IMG/VR virus record: IMGVR_UViG_3300032218_003043
Location: 1-25,146 of that record
From: a virus
Taxonomy: Duplodnaviria; Caudoviricetes
Reading direction: 5' to 3' (one strand)
DNA: 25,146 nt
Part shown: piece after piece, positions 1 through 6,209 of the stretch
Position numbering within the stretch: position 1 is the stretch's first letter
How the letters are laid out: each line of letters starts with the position of its first letter
The notes under the pieces: generated by a model
Seen by the model: only the letters and a program-made list of their open reading frames with translations
Database searches by the model: none
Told to the model about the DNA's origin: nothing
Position numbers and translations under genes: made by a program

Positions 1-347
1 AGTGGCGAATGTTTGCACAAAGTAGCGAAAAGTACTACCTATTGCAAAACAATTATAGTTTTCTTTAATGTGGTCTGGCAAAACACCGAGCTGAGACCCA
101 AATAATAGCATAAATGCTAAAGAAAACTAGAGTACCCTATAATTATACCCCCTAGTATAATACCGCTCGGTAAAAATATACCCCCCCCTATTGATATCAA
201 GAGCAAATATTCCCCCTCGGTAAAAAATAGCCCCCCTACCTTATATATAGCACAGACAAAAAGTACTCCTAAAAAATATAGTTTATGCTTGGTGTGGAGG
301 TAATACGTACAAAAAAGTCGGCTGATGGCGTAAAAAAAACACCCCCC

Positions 348-368
348 CTATCTTGCTTCGCAAGATAG
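348..368 (-). promoter_or_regulatory. Perfect 9-bp hairpin with C-GAA-G triloop on the minus strand (GCGAAGC core)
   Basis: + strand CTATCTTGC-TTC-GCAAGATAG. The structure is clear; the function is inferred. Confidence 0.5.
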
Positions 369-392
369 AACCTAAATCGTAGGGCTTCGGGC

Positions 393-413
393 TTAATTCC
401 CTTCGGGAATTAA
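393..413 (-). promoter_or_regulatory. Second perfect 9-bp hairpin with C-GAA-G triloop on the minus strand
   Basis: + strand TTAATTCCC-TTC-GGGAATTAA. Different stem sequence, but the same loop and stem length as 348-368. Confidence 0.5.
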
Positions 414-436
414 ATCGCAAAAAAAAATCCCCTTTT

Positions 437-722
437 GCGTACACGCTCGCTCGAGTGTGTACGCTTGCACGCTTGCTCGCACGCACTCGCCTACGCACAC
501 ACGCTCGCCCAGGATCGCACGCACGCCCAGGCACGCATAGAGCTTTCGATTCACATTTCAAAATTTATTTGTTATTTAGAACGATTCTAAATTTCATCGA
601 ATATTTTTTTCTTTGCTTCGCTTCGCTTACATTACGCCCAAGCATAACGCTTGCACACACGCTCACGCATACGCTTGCGTACGCACGCAAACGGTTTTTC
701 TTTCACATTTCCAAATTTATTT
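437..722. repeat. Two GC-rich blocks of 4-nt-periodic WYGC (acgc/tcgc/ttgc), each followed by the 21-bp repeat TTCACATTTC(A/C)AAATTTATTT
   Basis: Blocks at about 437-538 and 613-688; 21-bp repeats at 550-570 and 702-722. Confidence 0.8.
574..592. promoter_or_regulatory. 19-bp dyad ATTTAGAA-N3-TTCTAAAT (Fur/PerR-like operator geometry)
   Basis: Perfect 8-3-8 inverted repeat; a second copy with one arm mismatch lies at 846-864. Confidence 0.45.
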
Positions 723-793
723 TCGTGAATTTAACATCGATTTTTTTGATATTTGTTTAAACGAACATTGAATCGATAAAATTATTTTCACTT

Positions 794-942
794 TGTAACT
801 TATTGAATTTCAACAACTTAAGATTTTTTTTTATCTTTTTTTAACATTTATAATGATTCTAAATAAGATAGTTAATTCATTGATAATCAACAACTTACAT
901 TTATCAATTTTCTTGTAACTCATTGATAATCAACAACTTACA
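794..942. repeat. Three copies of the dyad TGTAA-N4-TTGA-N3-TCAA-N4-TTACA, containing IHF-consensus sites (WATCAANNNNTTR)
   Basis: Copies at 794-820, 872-899 and 914-942. AATCAACAACTTA matches the IHF consensus exactly in copies 2 and 3, which also match on the minus strand. Confidence 0.75.
846..864. promoter_or_regulatory. Second copy of the 19-bp dyad (ATTTATAA-tga-TTCTAAAT)
   Basis: One arm mismatch relative to 574-592. Confidence 0.4.
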
Positions 943-965
943 CCGATTTTTTTATTCCGATTATT

Positions 966-984
966 ACCCTAATCTTTGTAGGGT
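966..984 (+). promoter_or_regulatory. Candidate early promoter: variant Bacteroidota -7 box (TAATCTTTGTA) inside the ACCCTA/TAGGGT inverted repeat
   Basis: Near-match to TAnnTTTG directly upstream of the structured leader; no clear -33 TTTG. Confidence 0.35.
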
Positions 985-1420
985 CGAAACAACAAAACGA
1001 CAACACAAAACAGACATACACAAACGATAAACACACACACAAAAAAACACTTTTTGCTTGCCTAAGTAATTTATTACACACAGCAAAAAGTTATCTGTCC
1101 AATTTACTGGTCAGTGCCATCTAATCGGGTAGTGGAAGAACTATACCCTTTGTGAGCGACTGCATAGTGTCGTGGCGAGCCTCTCGTGACCAAGTCAAAA
1201 AATCTACCTTAATAGGGTAGGCGAGGCGTATGTAAGTTCTTGGAGAGAAAACCGAGGGCGTGTAAGTCAAGGGATTAAACCCTCGCAATCATACTACTTA
1301 GGTTCAACCGCCCCTTAAGGGTGAGAAACCGAATAAATAAAGGTGCACTCAAACTATCGATGCCATCCGTAGCCTTTGACCTATGGGGTGCAGTCTGTCG
1401 TGTCAGACCATCGGTAGCCA
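983..1420 (+). ncRNA. Putative large structured RNA / 5' leader of the early transcript
   Basis: No ORF. Nested stems: 1049-1058/1082-1091, 1108-1113/1187-1192, 1116-1119/1173-1176, 1127-1148, 1156-1173, 1204-1220, 1228-1232/1290-1294, 1236-1243/1252-1259 (several G-U pairs, favouring the + strand) and 1270-1283. Confidence 0.55.
1354..1420 (+). ncRNA. tRNA-like element 1 (acceptor-like stem + T-arm-like hairpin + CCA)
   Basis: CTATCGATG (1354-1362) pairs with CATCGGTAG (1409-1417); GTCTG-tcgtgt-CAGAC; CCA at 1418-1420. Confidence 0.6.
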
Positions 1421-1432
1421 AACCTTTAATAT

Positions 1433-1825
1433 ATGAAAAACACAACAATCAAAATCGAGAATCACGAGTCATCAATCCAATTTGACTTAACCACCAACAA
1501 CACCAAAGACAACGCAAAAGTGAGGCGAGCCCTTGTTTATCGTTTCTTTGACTATTACAACACTATGCGAGTAATCGGTGCAAAGGGTTTCAAGGCAAGC
1601 GAGCCTTTCAAAATCTCCTTTGTTGTCGATGGTAAAATCTCATTCTGTACTACTCAGTGCACTACGCAAGCACAGACAACGCTTAAATTAATCAACACAC
1701 CTAAGGGGCGTGGCAAGTTCGAAATGCGTTTCGAGAATCTTGTAGCCTTAGCACAGCGTATGGGGGTTACTGATACCGATGAGGTTATCAAGCAAGCCGA
1801 AGTTATGCTTATGGCTGTTAATTAA
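1433..1825 (+). CDS. Hypothetical protein (first early gene)
   Basis: 130-aa ORF with an AT-rich start context, followed by a terminator. Confidence 0.8.
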   Translation: MKNTTIKIENHESSIQFDLTTNNTKDNAKVRRALVYRFFDYYNTMRVIGAKGFKASEPFKISFVVDGKISFCTTQCTTQAQTTLKLINTPKGRGKFEMRFENLVALAQRMGVTDTDEVIKQAEVMLMAVN

Positions 1826-1848
1826 TTAAATAGTAAATCTATTATCTG

Positions 1849-1883
1849 AGCCCCATTCACAAGATGGGGCTTTTTCTTTTTTT
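1849..1883 (+). terminator. Rho-independent terminator
   Basis: AGCCCCAT-tcacaag-ATGGGGCT followed by TTTTCTTTTTTT. Confidence 0.85.
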
Positions 1884-1928
1884 AGTTAGATCCAGACTGG
1901 AGCTCACTCATCAGGGGGAGTCCCACCG

Positions 1929-1976
1929 TCCTATGCCATAGGGTTGCCGTCTGTTCAAGTCAGACCATAGGAGCCA
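1929..1976 (+). ncRNA. tRNA-like element 2 (mini-tRNA lacking D and anticodon arms)
   Basis: 7-bp stem TCCTATG/CATAGGA, 5-bp stem GTCTG/CAGAC with 7-nt loop TTCAAGT, discriminator G1973, CCA at 1974-1976, ATG at 1979. Confidence 0.7.
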
Positions 1977-1978
1977 TT

Positions 1979-2314
1979 ATGAAAACACAGCAATTTTATT
2001 GGGGTGCTCACAAAGACTTTGTCTTGTCAACCCTTGCCGACCAAATCGAAAGTCACGACCTACCTTACACACTGACAGATGTCAGTTATTCAAACGACAC
2101 TTGTCCTTCAGTCGAAATTTCGGGTGAGTCAATCAAGCCCGCCATTCTATTCCTCCCTAATTCTTGGACAAACGATGGCGAACTGACTACCAAATTTATG
2201 ATGATTCGAGACGAAGAGTACGGAGCAATTGATAAGTTCGAATTCTTTAAGGACTTGGACGAAGTAATTTGGCACTTATGTTTATGTAACGAACACAACA
2301 CAAACCTTATATGA
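1979..2314 (+). CDS. Hypothetical phage protein (DVSYxNDxCPS motif)
   Basis: 111-aa ORF; first gene of a tightly packed operon. Confidence 0.8.
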   Translation: MKTQQFYWGAHKDFVLSTLADQIESHDLPYTLTDVSYSNDTCPSVEISGESIKPAILFLPNSWTNDGELTTKFMMIRDEEYGAIDKFEFFKDLDEVIWHLCLCNEHNTNLI

Positions 2315-2601
2315 AAACCTATGTAACCCGTCACGCTGTATCCTCAGTGTATGCCGACTCAGTTAACCTTTGGAATGCAGATGAAGTTATTATCATCTAT
2401 CCTTATGGTGACATCTACGAAATCTTTGCCGTTCGTAAAGGTGAGCAATACGAAATAGAATTCGACCGAGACATATTCTTGGTGAGTTTAGAAGATGCCA
2501 AGGTTATGTCTGAGATATGGTATGACCACGAAGACATTGTTGCGATCCGCAAATATTTTAACACCAAAGTAAAACCTACAAAAAATGATATACAACATTA
2601 A
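2311..2601 (+). CDS. Hypothetical protein
   Basis: 96-aa ORF with an ATGA overlap with the previous gene. Confidence 0.8.
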   Translation: MKTYVTRHAVSSVYADSVNLWNADEVIIIYPYGDIYEIFAVRKGEQYEIEFDRDIFLVSLEDAKVMSEIWYDHEDIVAIRKYFNTKVKPTKNDIQH

Positions 2602-2869
2602 AATCACGACCTTTCGTCCCCTTGACTTGACAGTTTTTGCTGACGATGAACACAATTTCAATCTTATCTGGCAGTTCGGTATTGACTGCAACGACCCTAA
2701 GACCATCAAAGATGTTGACCGCATTCAAGTATTAGAAGTCAATGGAGCAAATGTATATACCTACTGCGATATGGATGGTATGTATTACCTCCGTCTAAGG
2801 GAGAGTATCTATAATACAAAAGACTTTCTTAATATCATCAGCGTATTACACGACTATGTCCTTAATTAA
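2585..2869 (+). CDS. Hypothetical protein
   Basis: 94-aa ORF in the operon. Confidence 0.75.
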   Translation: MIYNIKITTFRPLDLTVFADDEHNFNLIWQFGIDCNDPKTIKDVDRIQVLEVNGANVYTYCDMDGMYYLRLRESIYNTKDFLNIISVLHDYVLN

Positions 2870-2884
2870 ACTAACCTATAAACT

Positions 2885-3046
2885 ATGACCAAAGCACTCA
2901 TCACAGCCTCGCTCATCTTCGGATTGCTTGGTACTATCGTCTTCGTCTACTCAGTATTCACTTGTGATTTTGCAGTAGCACTTCCCTCTATGTTGTTCGC
3001 ATCCTTTTGGATTATCCTTGCTTGTAAATCTGAGACCCAAAACTAA
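2885..3046 (+). CDS. Small two-TM membrane protein (53 aa, not in ORF track)
   Basis: MTKALITASLIFGLLGTIVFVYSVFTCDFAVALPSMLFASFWIILACKSETQN; fills the gap between neighbouring genes. Confidence 0.7.
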   Translation: MTKALITASLIFGLLGTIVFVYSVFTCDFAVALPSMLFASFWIILACKSETQN

Positions 3047-3052
3047 AAACTT

Positions 3053-3361
3053 ATGAAACTAATAACTCAAAAATCTGTCACTGCATTTATGAATGCAAAA
3101 CCGTTCAAACAAGACAACACCGAAGTAGTTGTCCTACCCAATGTCACAATCCTCAAGTTGTTTGGTAATGAAATTGCCTACCTATACAATGATCCAGACC
3201 GCACACTTAGTATTACAAATTGTGGATGGTTTAGTCAAACTACCAAAGAACGCCTCAATGCTATACCAAATGTATCAATCAGACAAAGCAAAGGTCTATG
3301 GTATCTCAATGGTGCGTATTGGGATGGTAAGTTAATCGATGTTGTTGAATTAGTTTATTAA
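3053..3361 (+). CDS. Conserved phage hypothetical protein (GWxSxTTKxRLN motif)
   Basis: 102-aa ORF; the motif recurs in phage early proteins. Confidence 0.8.
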   Translation: MKLITQKSVTAFMNAKPFKQDNTEVVVLPNVTILKLFGNEIAYLYNDPDRTLSITNCGWFSQTTKERLNAIPNVSIRQSKGLWYLNGAYWDGKLIDVVELVY

Positions 3362-3372
3362 TCTGAGACCCT

Positions 3373-3600
3373 ATGTTATACGATGTAATTATTGACGAAA
3401 TCACATACCACTGCGAGACCCCTATCGAATCACTCGAAGAACTGTATGAATGGGCCGATCGAATAGGCGTGACTCATGTCCGAGAAAACTATAGTGAGTA
3501 CCCTACAGAAACACAAGATACCATAGGCAAACACGGAGAGTGGATGGATATGCTACAACTTGAAACCTTAGTGTACGAGTACAACACCACAAGAATATAA
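3373..3600 (+). CDS. Hypothetical acidic protein
   Basis: 75-aa ORF in the operon. Confidence 0.7.
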   Translation: MLYDVIIDEITYHCETPIESLEELYEWADRIGVTHVRENYSEYPTETQDTIGKHGEWMDMLQLETLVYEYNTTRI

Positions 3601-3608
3601 AAAAAAAT

Positions 3609-4328
3609 ATGTCTAAAAGAATTATCTACCGCCAAGGTGACACCGTCACCATCATCACTATGGGTGCAACATCCAACAAAAAGATTGCGATGCCCAAGGA
3701 GAAAATTGTACAGACCTACCACTTCAGTAGGGAGCAGTACGAGGTTGCCCAGGGGAAGACATCTATGCGAGAATTCTTCTCACACGATGGCAAGGTATGT
3801 ATGGACTGCCCATTTGCTGTCAGTAATGGGGCTCAGTTATCCGCTTGCTATACTCACAAGATGATGCAGTATAGCGGATTCCTATCCTCGCTCCGATCGA
3901 TCGGCAAACTACACGAGTCCTTTGATGACATACCCGACATAGATGCCAAGATTCATATGCAAATTGTAGGGCTATGCGAAAATAAGTATGTACGATTTGG
4001 TACATATGGTGAGCCATCTCTAATGCCCGTTGACTTGGTGGGAAACATTATCAAGGGTGCGAAATCTTGGACGGGATACACACACCAATGGCGTAAGAAA
4101 CCCGAATACGCCCCATACTTTATGGCTTCAACGCACACTGAATATGAGGAAACAGTAGCTTCACTCATCGGGTATCGGTCTTTTGTTGCATCACCCATAC
4201 CCATTGCACAATTCATATCTTGCCCCGCCTCTGAGGAAATGGGCTTCAAATCTAATTGCTCCAAGTGTGGAATATGCTCTGGCACTATGGGTAAGGGTAG
4301 CAAATCAGTAATCATTCTCGAACACTAA
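3609..4328 (+). CDS. Cys-rich phage protein, probably GP88-like / radical-SAM-related Fe-S protein
   Basis: CxxCP...CY near the N-terminus, RFGTYGEP, TGYTHQW, and C-terminal CP...CxxCxxC. Confidence 0.55.
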   Translation: MSKRIIYRQGDTVTIITMGATSNKKIAMPKEKIVQTYHFSREQYEVAQGKTSMREFFSHDGKVCMDCPFAVSNGAQLSACYTHKMMQYSGFLSSLRSIGKLHESFDDIPDIDAKIHMQIVGLCENKYVRFGTYGEPSLMPVDLVGNIIKGAKSWTGYTHQWRKKPEYAPYFMASTHTEYEETVASLIGYRSFVASPIPIAQFISCPASEEMGFKSNCSKCGICSGTMGKGSKSVIILEH

Positions 4329-4329
4329 T

Positions 4330-4611
4330 ATGGAATATGTAGAACGAACTATGGGGTACTCACAAGATTGGCATCGCTTATATGTCTATGGTGAGTACCT
4401 AACTAATTTGGATGAAGCAATCGCCTTATCCAAAGAAATCAACCTCAAAGTACAACTCCGCAAAGGTGATAAGACTTGGAACAATTTAGACGATCCAAAC
4501 GCTATCACACCGGGGTATGTATTTAGTCAAGCAGAATTAGATGACCTTGAACGACAGAAGAAAGAAATCAAAGAACACTTAACCAAATTATATCCACCTA
4601 AAAACATATGA
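4330..4611 (+). CDS. Hypothetical protein
   Basis: 93-aa ORF. Confidence 0.75.
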   Translation: MEYVERTMGYSQDWHRLYVYGEYLTNLDEAIALSKEINLKVQLRKGDKTWNNLDDPNAITPGYVFSQAELDDLERQKKEIKEHLTKLYPPKNI

Positions 4612-4868
4612 TAAACCTATCTAAAACACAAGTCTCTTGGGACTCGCAAGTAATCGCATTCAAGTGGTATCAGAACATCGGTGATGCCCTCTCTCACTTT
4701 GCTCACTTCTCTTCTTTCAAATCTGAGGCCCAAAGAGAAGAAGCACTACAATTAATTGATTCCTATACAAAAAATTGGCGAACTAAACACGAAGACCTTA
4801 TCATCCTCGAAAAAAATGTAATCATTGCACCAATCAAATCAGACAAACCAACAATAGCAAAAGTATGA
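4608..4868 (+). CDS. Hypothetical protein
   Basis: 86-aa ORF with ATGA overlaps on both sides. Confidence 0.75.
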   Translation: MINLSKTQVSWDSQVIAFKWYQNIGDALSHFAHFSSFKSEAQREEALQLIDSYTKNWRTKHEDLIILEKNVIIAPIKSDKPTIAKV

Positions 4869-5056
4869 ACACAGAAGAATTTTACCAATGGGTAGTCAAC
4901 ATAATGGGAGCATTCCCTACAGATGCTGACAAGAGAAACCAAATCAAAGAACTTTACTACTTAGCCCTCAGCGAAATCGAAGAAGGTGGATCCGAGCAAC
5001 ACGAAATTTCCTTAGCAGTAAATGACATCAACGAACTAATAAACGAAAGCAAATGA
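4865..5056 (+). CDS. Hypothetical protein
   Basis: 63-aa ORF with ATGA overlaps. Confidence 0.75.
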   Translation: MNTEEFYQWVVNIMGAFPTDADKRNQIKELYYLALSEIEEGGSEQHEISLAVNDINELINESK

Positions 5057-5274
5057 CCTACCTAAACTTAACGAGATTACACTTTACTATACAAGGCGAA
5101 GTAAAAGAAACTATTCTGTATGTAAATCCTCAGCACATCAGAGTATTCAGCGAAGAGTATTCAGATGACTTTGAAATGTTTGTAACTACAATCAGTTGGG
5201 CAAATGGCTCATTAATGGAGACCCGTGTAAAAGAAACACCTTACCAAATAGAACAACAACTAACACTATGCTAA
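5053..5274 (+). CDS. FlbD/SwrD-like small protein, copy 1
   Basis: LTRL...YVNPQHI...TTI..ANG...VKETPxQI pattern. Confidence 0.55.
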   Translation: MTYLNLTRLHFTIQGEVKETILYVNPQHIRVFSEEYSDDFEMFVTTISWANGSLMETRVKETPYQIEQQLTLC

Positions 5275-5477
5275 TAAAATTAACGATATCAGAGAGAAAA
5301 GAATTTGTCTATATCAACCCTAATCACATTGGTCATCTCTATCGAGTACCCTACACAGAAAAATATAGTAAACCAATCGAAGAGCATACAAGAGTTGGAG
5401 TAACAACTCACAACAATGGAGGCTTTGAAGTAAAAGAAACACCCGAACAAATCATCAAACTAATAGAAAAACTATGA
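5268..5477 (+). CDS. FlbD/SwrD-like small protein, copy 2 (start moved to ATG 5268)
   Basis: MLIKLT...YINPNHI...VKETPEQIIKLI; paralogous to the preceding ORF. Confidence 0.55.
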   Translation: MLIKLTISERKEFVYINPNHIGHLYRVPYTEKYSKPIEEHTRVGVTTHNNGGFEVKETPEQIIKLIEKL

Positions 5478-6145
5478 GAAAACTTAATGTATTAATCGCT
5501 TGTGAATTCAGTGGCACCGTTCGTGATGCCTTTCGTAAACTTGGTCACATCGCAGTAAGTTGTGACCTCGAACCTACCGATGCCCCTGGGCTACATCACC
5601 AAGGTAGTGTATTGGAGATATTCGATAAGAATCCTTTTAACGACCAAAAGTGGGACTTAATGATTGCCCACCCACCTTGTACCTACCTTACCTTAGCGGG
5701 TAACAGATGGTTCAAGCCCGAATACGCTGATAAGTTTCCTACTCGTATTCAAGACAGACAAGATGGTGTTGACTTCTTTATGGAACTTATGAACGCTAAC
5801 ATACCACACATATGTGTAGAGAATCCTATTGGGGTTATGTCCTCTCTCTTTCGTAAGCCCGACCAAATCATTCAACCTTGGCAGTTCGGAGACCCATTCC
5901 AAAAGTCTACTTGCCTATGGTTAAAAGATCTGCCTTCACTCATCAGTACCAATATCGTTGAGAAAGGTGAATTCTTTGAATGGACTGATAAGAAAACCGG
6001 CAAGGTTAAACGCCAAGCACAATGGTATATGGATGCCCTAAAAGGTAAGACTGCATACGAACGACAGAAGATTCGTAACAAGACCTTCCAAGGTATAGCC
6101 GATGCCATAGCCGACCAATACTCAACATACATTTTAACAAAATAA
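5474..6145 (+). CDS. Short DNA cytosine-C5 methyltransferase-like protein
   Basis: VLIACEFSG (variant motif I), SCDL, AHPPC (catalytic PC) and VENP. Confidence 0.8.
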   Translation: MRKLNVLIACEFSGTVRDAFRKLGHIAVSCDLEPTDAPGLHHQGSVLEIFDKNPFNDQKWDLMIAHPPCTYLTLAGNRWFKPEYADKFPTRIQDRQDGVDFFMELMNANIPHICVENPIGVMSSLFRKPDQIIQPWQFGDPFQKSTCLWLKDLPSLISTNIVEKGEFFEWTDKKTGKVKRQAQWYMDALKGKTAYERQKIRNKTFQGIADAIADQYSTYILTK

Positions 6146-6178
6146 TTTCTAATTATACTAAAATATAAAATTAAATAC

Positions 6179-6188
6179 TATCTTTGCA
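6179..6188 (+). promoter_or_regulatory. Bacteroidota sigma-70-type -7 box TATCTTTGCA
   Basis: Exact TAnnTTTG match in an AT-rich intergenic gap, 21 nt before ATG 6210. Confidence 0.7.
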
Positions 6189-6209
6189 CACACTAACAAC
6201 ATAATAGAT

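Larger units (their letters stand above)
141..434. repeat. Dispersed A-tract/C-tract repeats, including a direct repeat CTCGGTAAAAA(A)TA..CCCCCCTA
   Basis: Units at 141-154, 166-190, 205-218, 216-238, 331-350 and 419-434. The copies starting at 166 and 216 are 50 bp apart. Confidence 0.75.

Noticed and set aside
283-760. ORFs 283-561 (-) and 455-760 (+)
   Set aside because: Low-complexity translations (R/A/H/T/C-rich) of the WYGC repeat blocks, with non-ATG or poor start context; most likely not genes.
794-942. Three ~28-bp repeats as a mini CRISPR array
   Set aside because: Gaps are very unequal (about 51 and 14 bp), the repeats are degenerate and match a protein-binding consensus, and no cas genes are present.
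983-1420. Leader as group I intron, RNase P RNA or tmRNA
   Set aside because: I could not find the group I P7/J8-7 core, the RNase P GAGGAAAGUCC signature, or the tmRNA GGGG 5' end with a G3-U70 alanine stem.
1880-1914. Minus-strand CUGAUGA (1914-1908) as a hammerhead ribozyme core
   Set aside because: The stem that follows is closed by CUAAA rather than the required GAAA, and stems I and III are not evident.
1354-1976. Calling the two CCA-ending elements genuine tRNA genes
   Set aside because: Neither has both a D arm and an anticodon arm; element 2 is only 48 nt. They are reported as tRNA-like instead.
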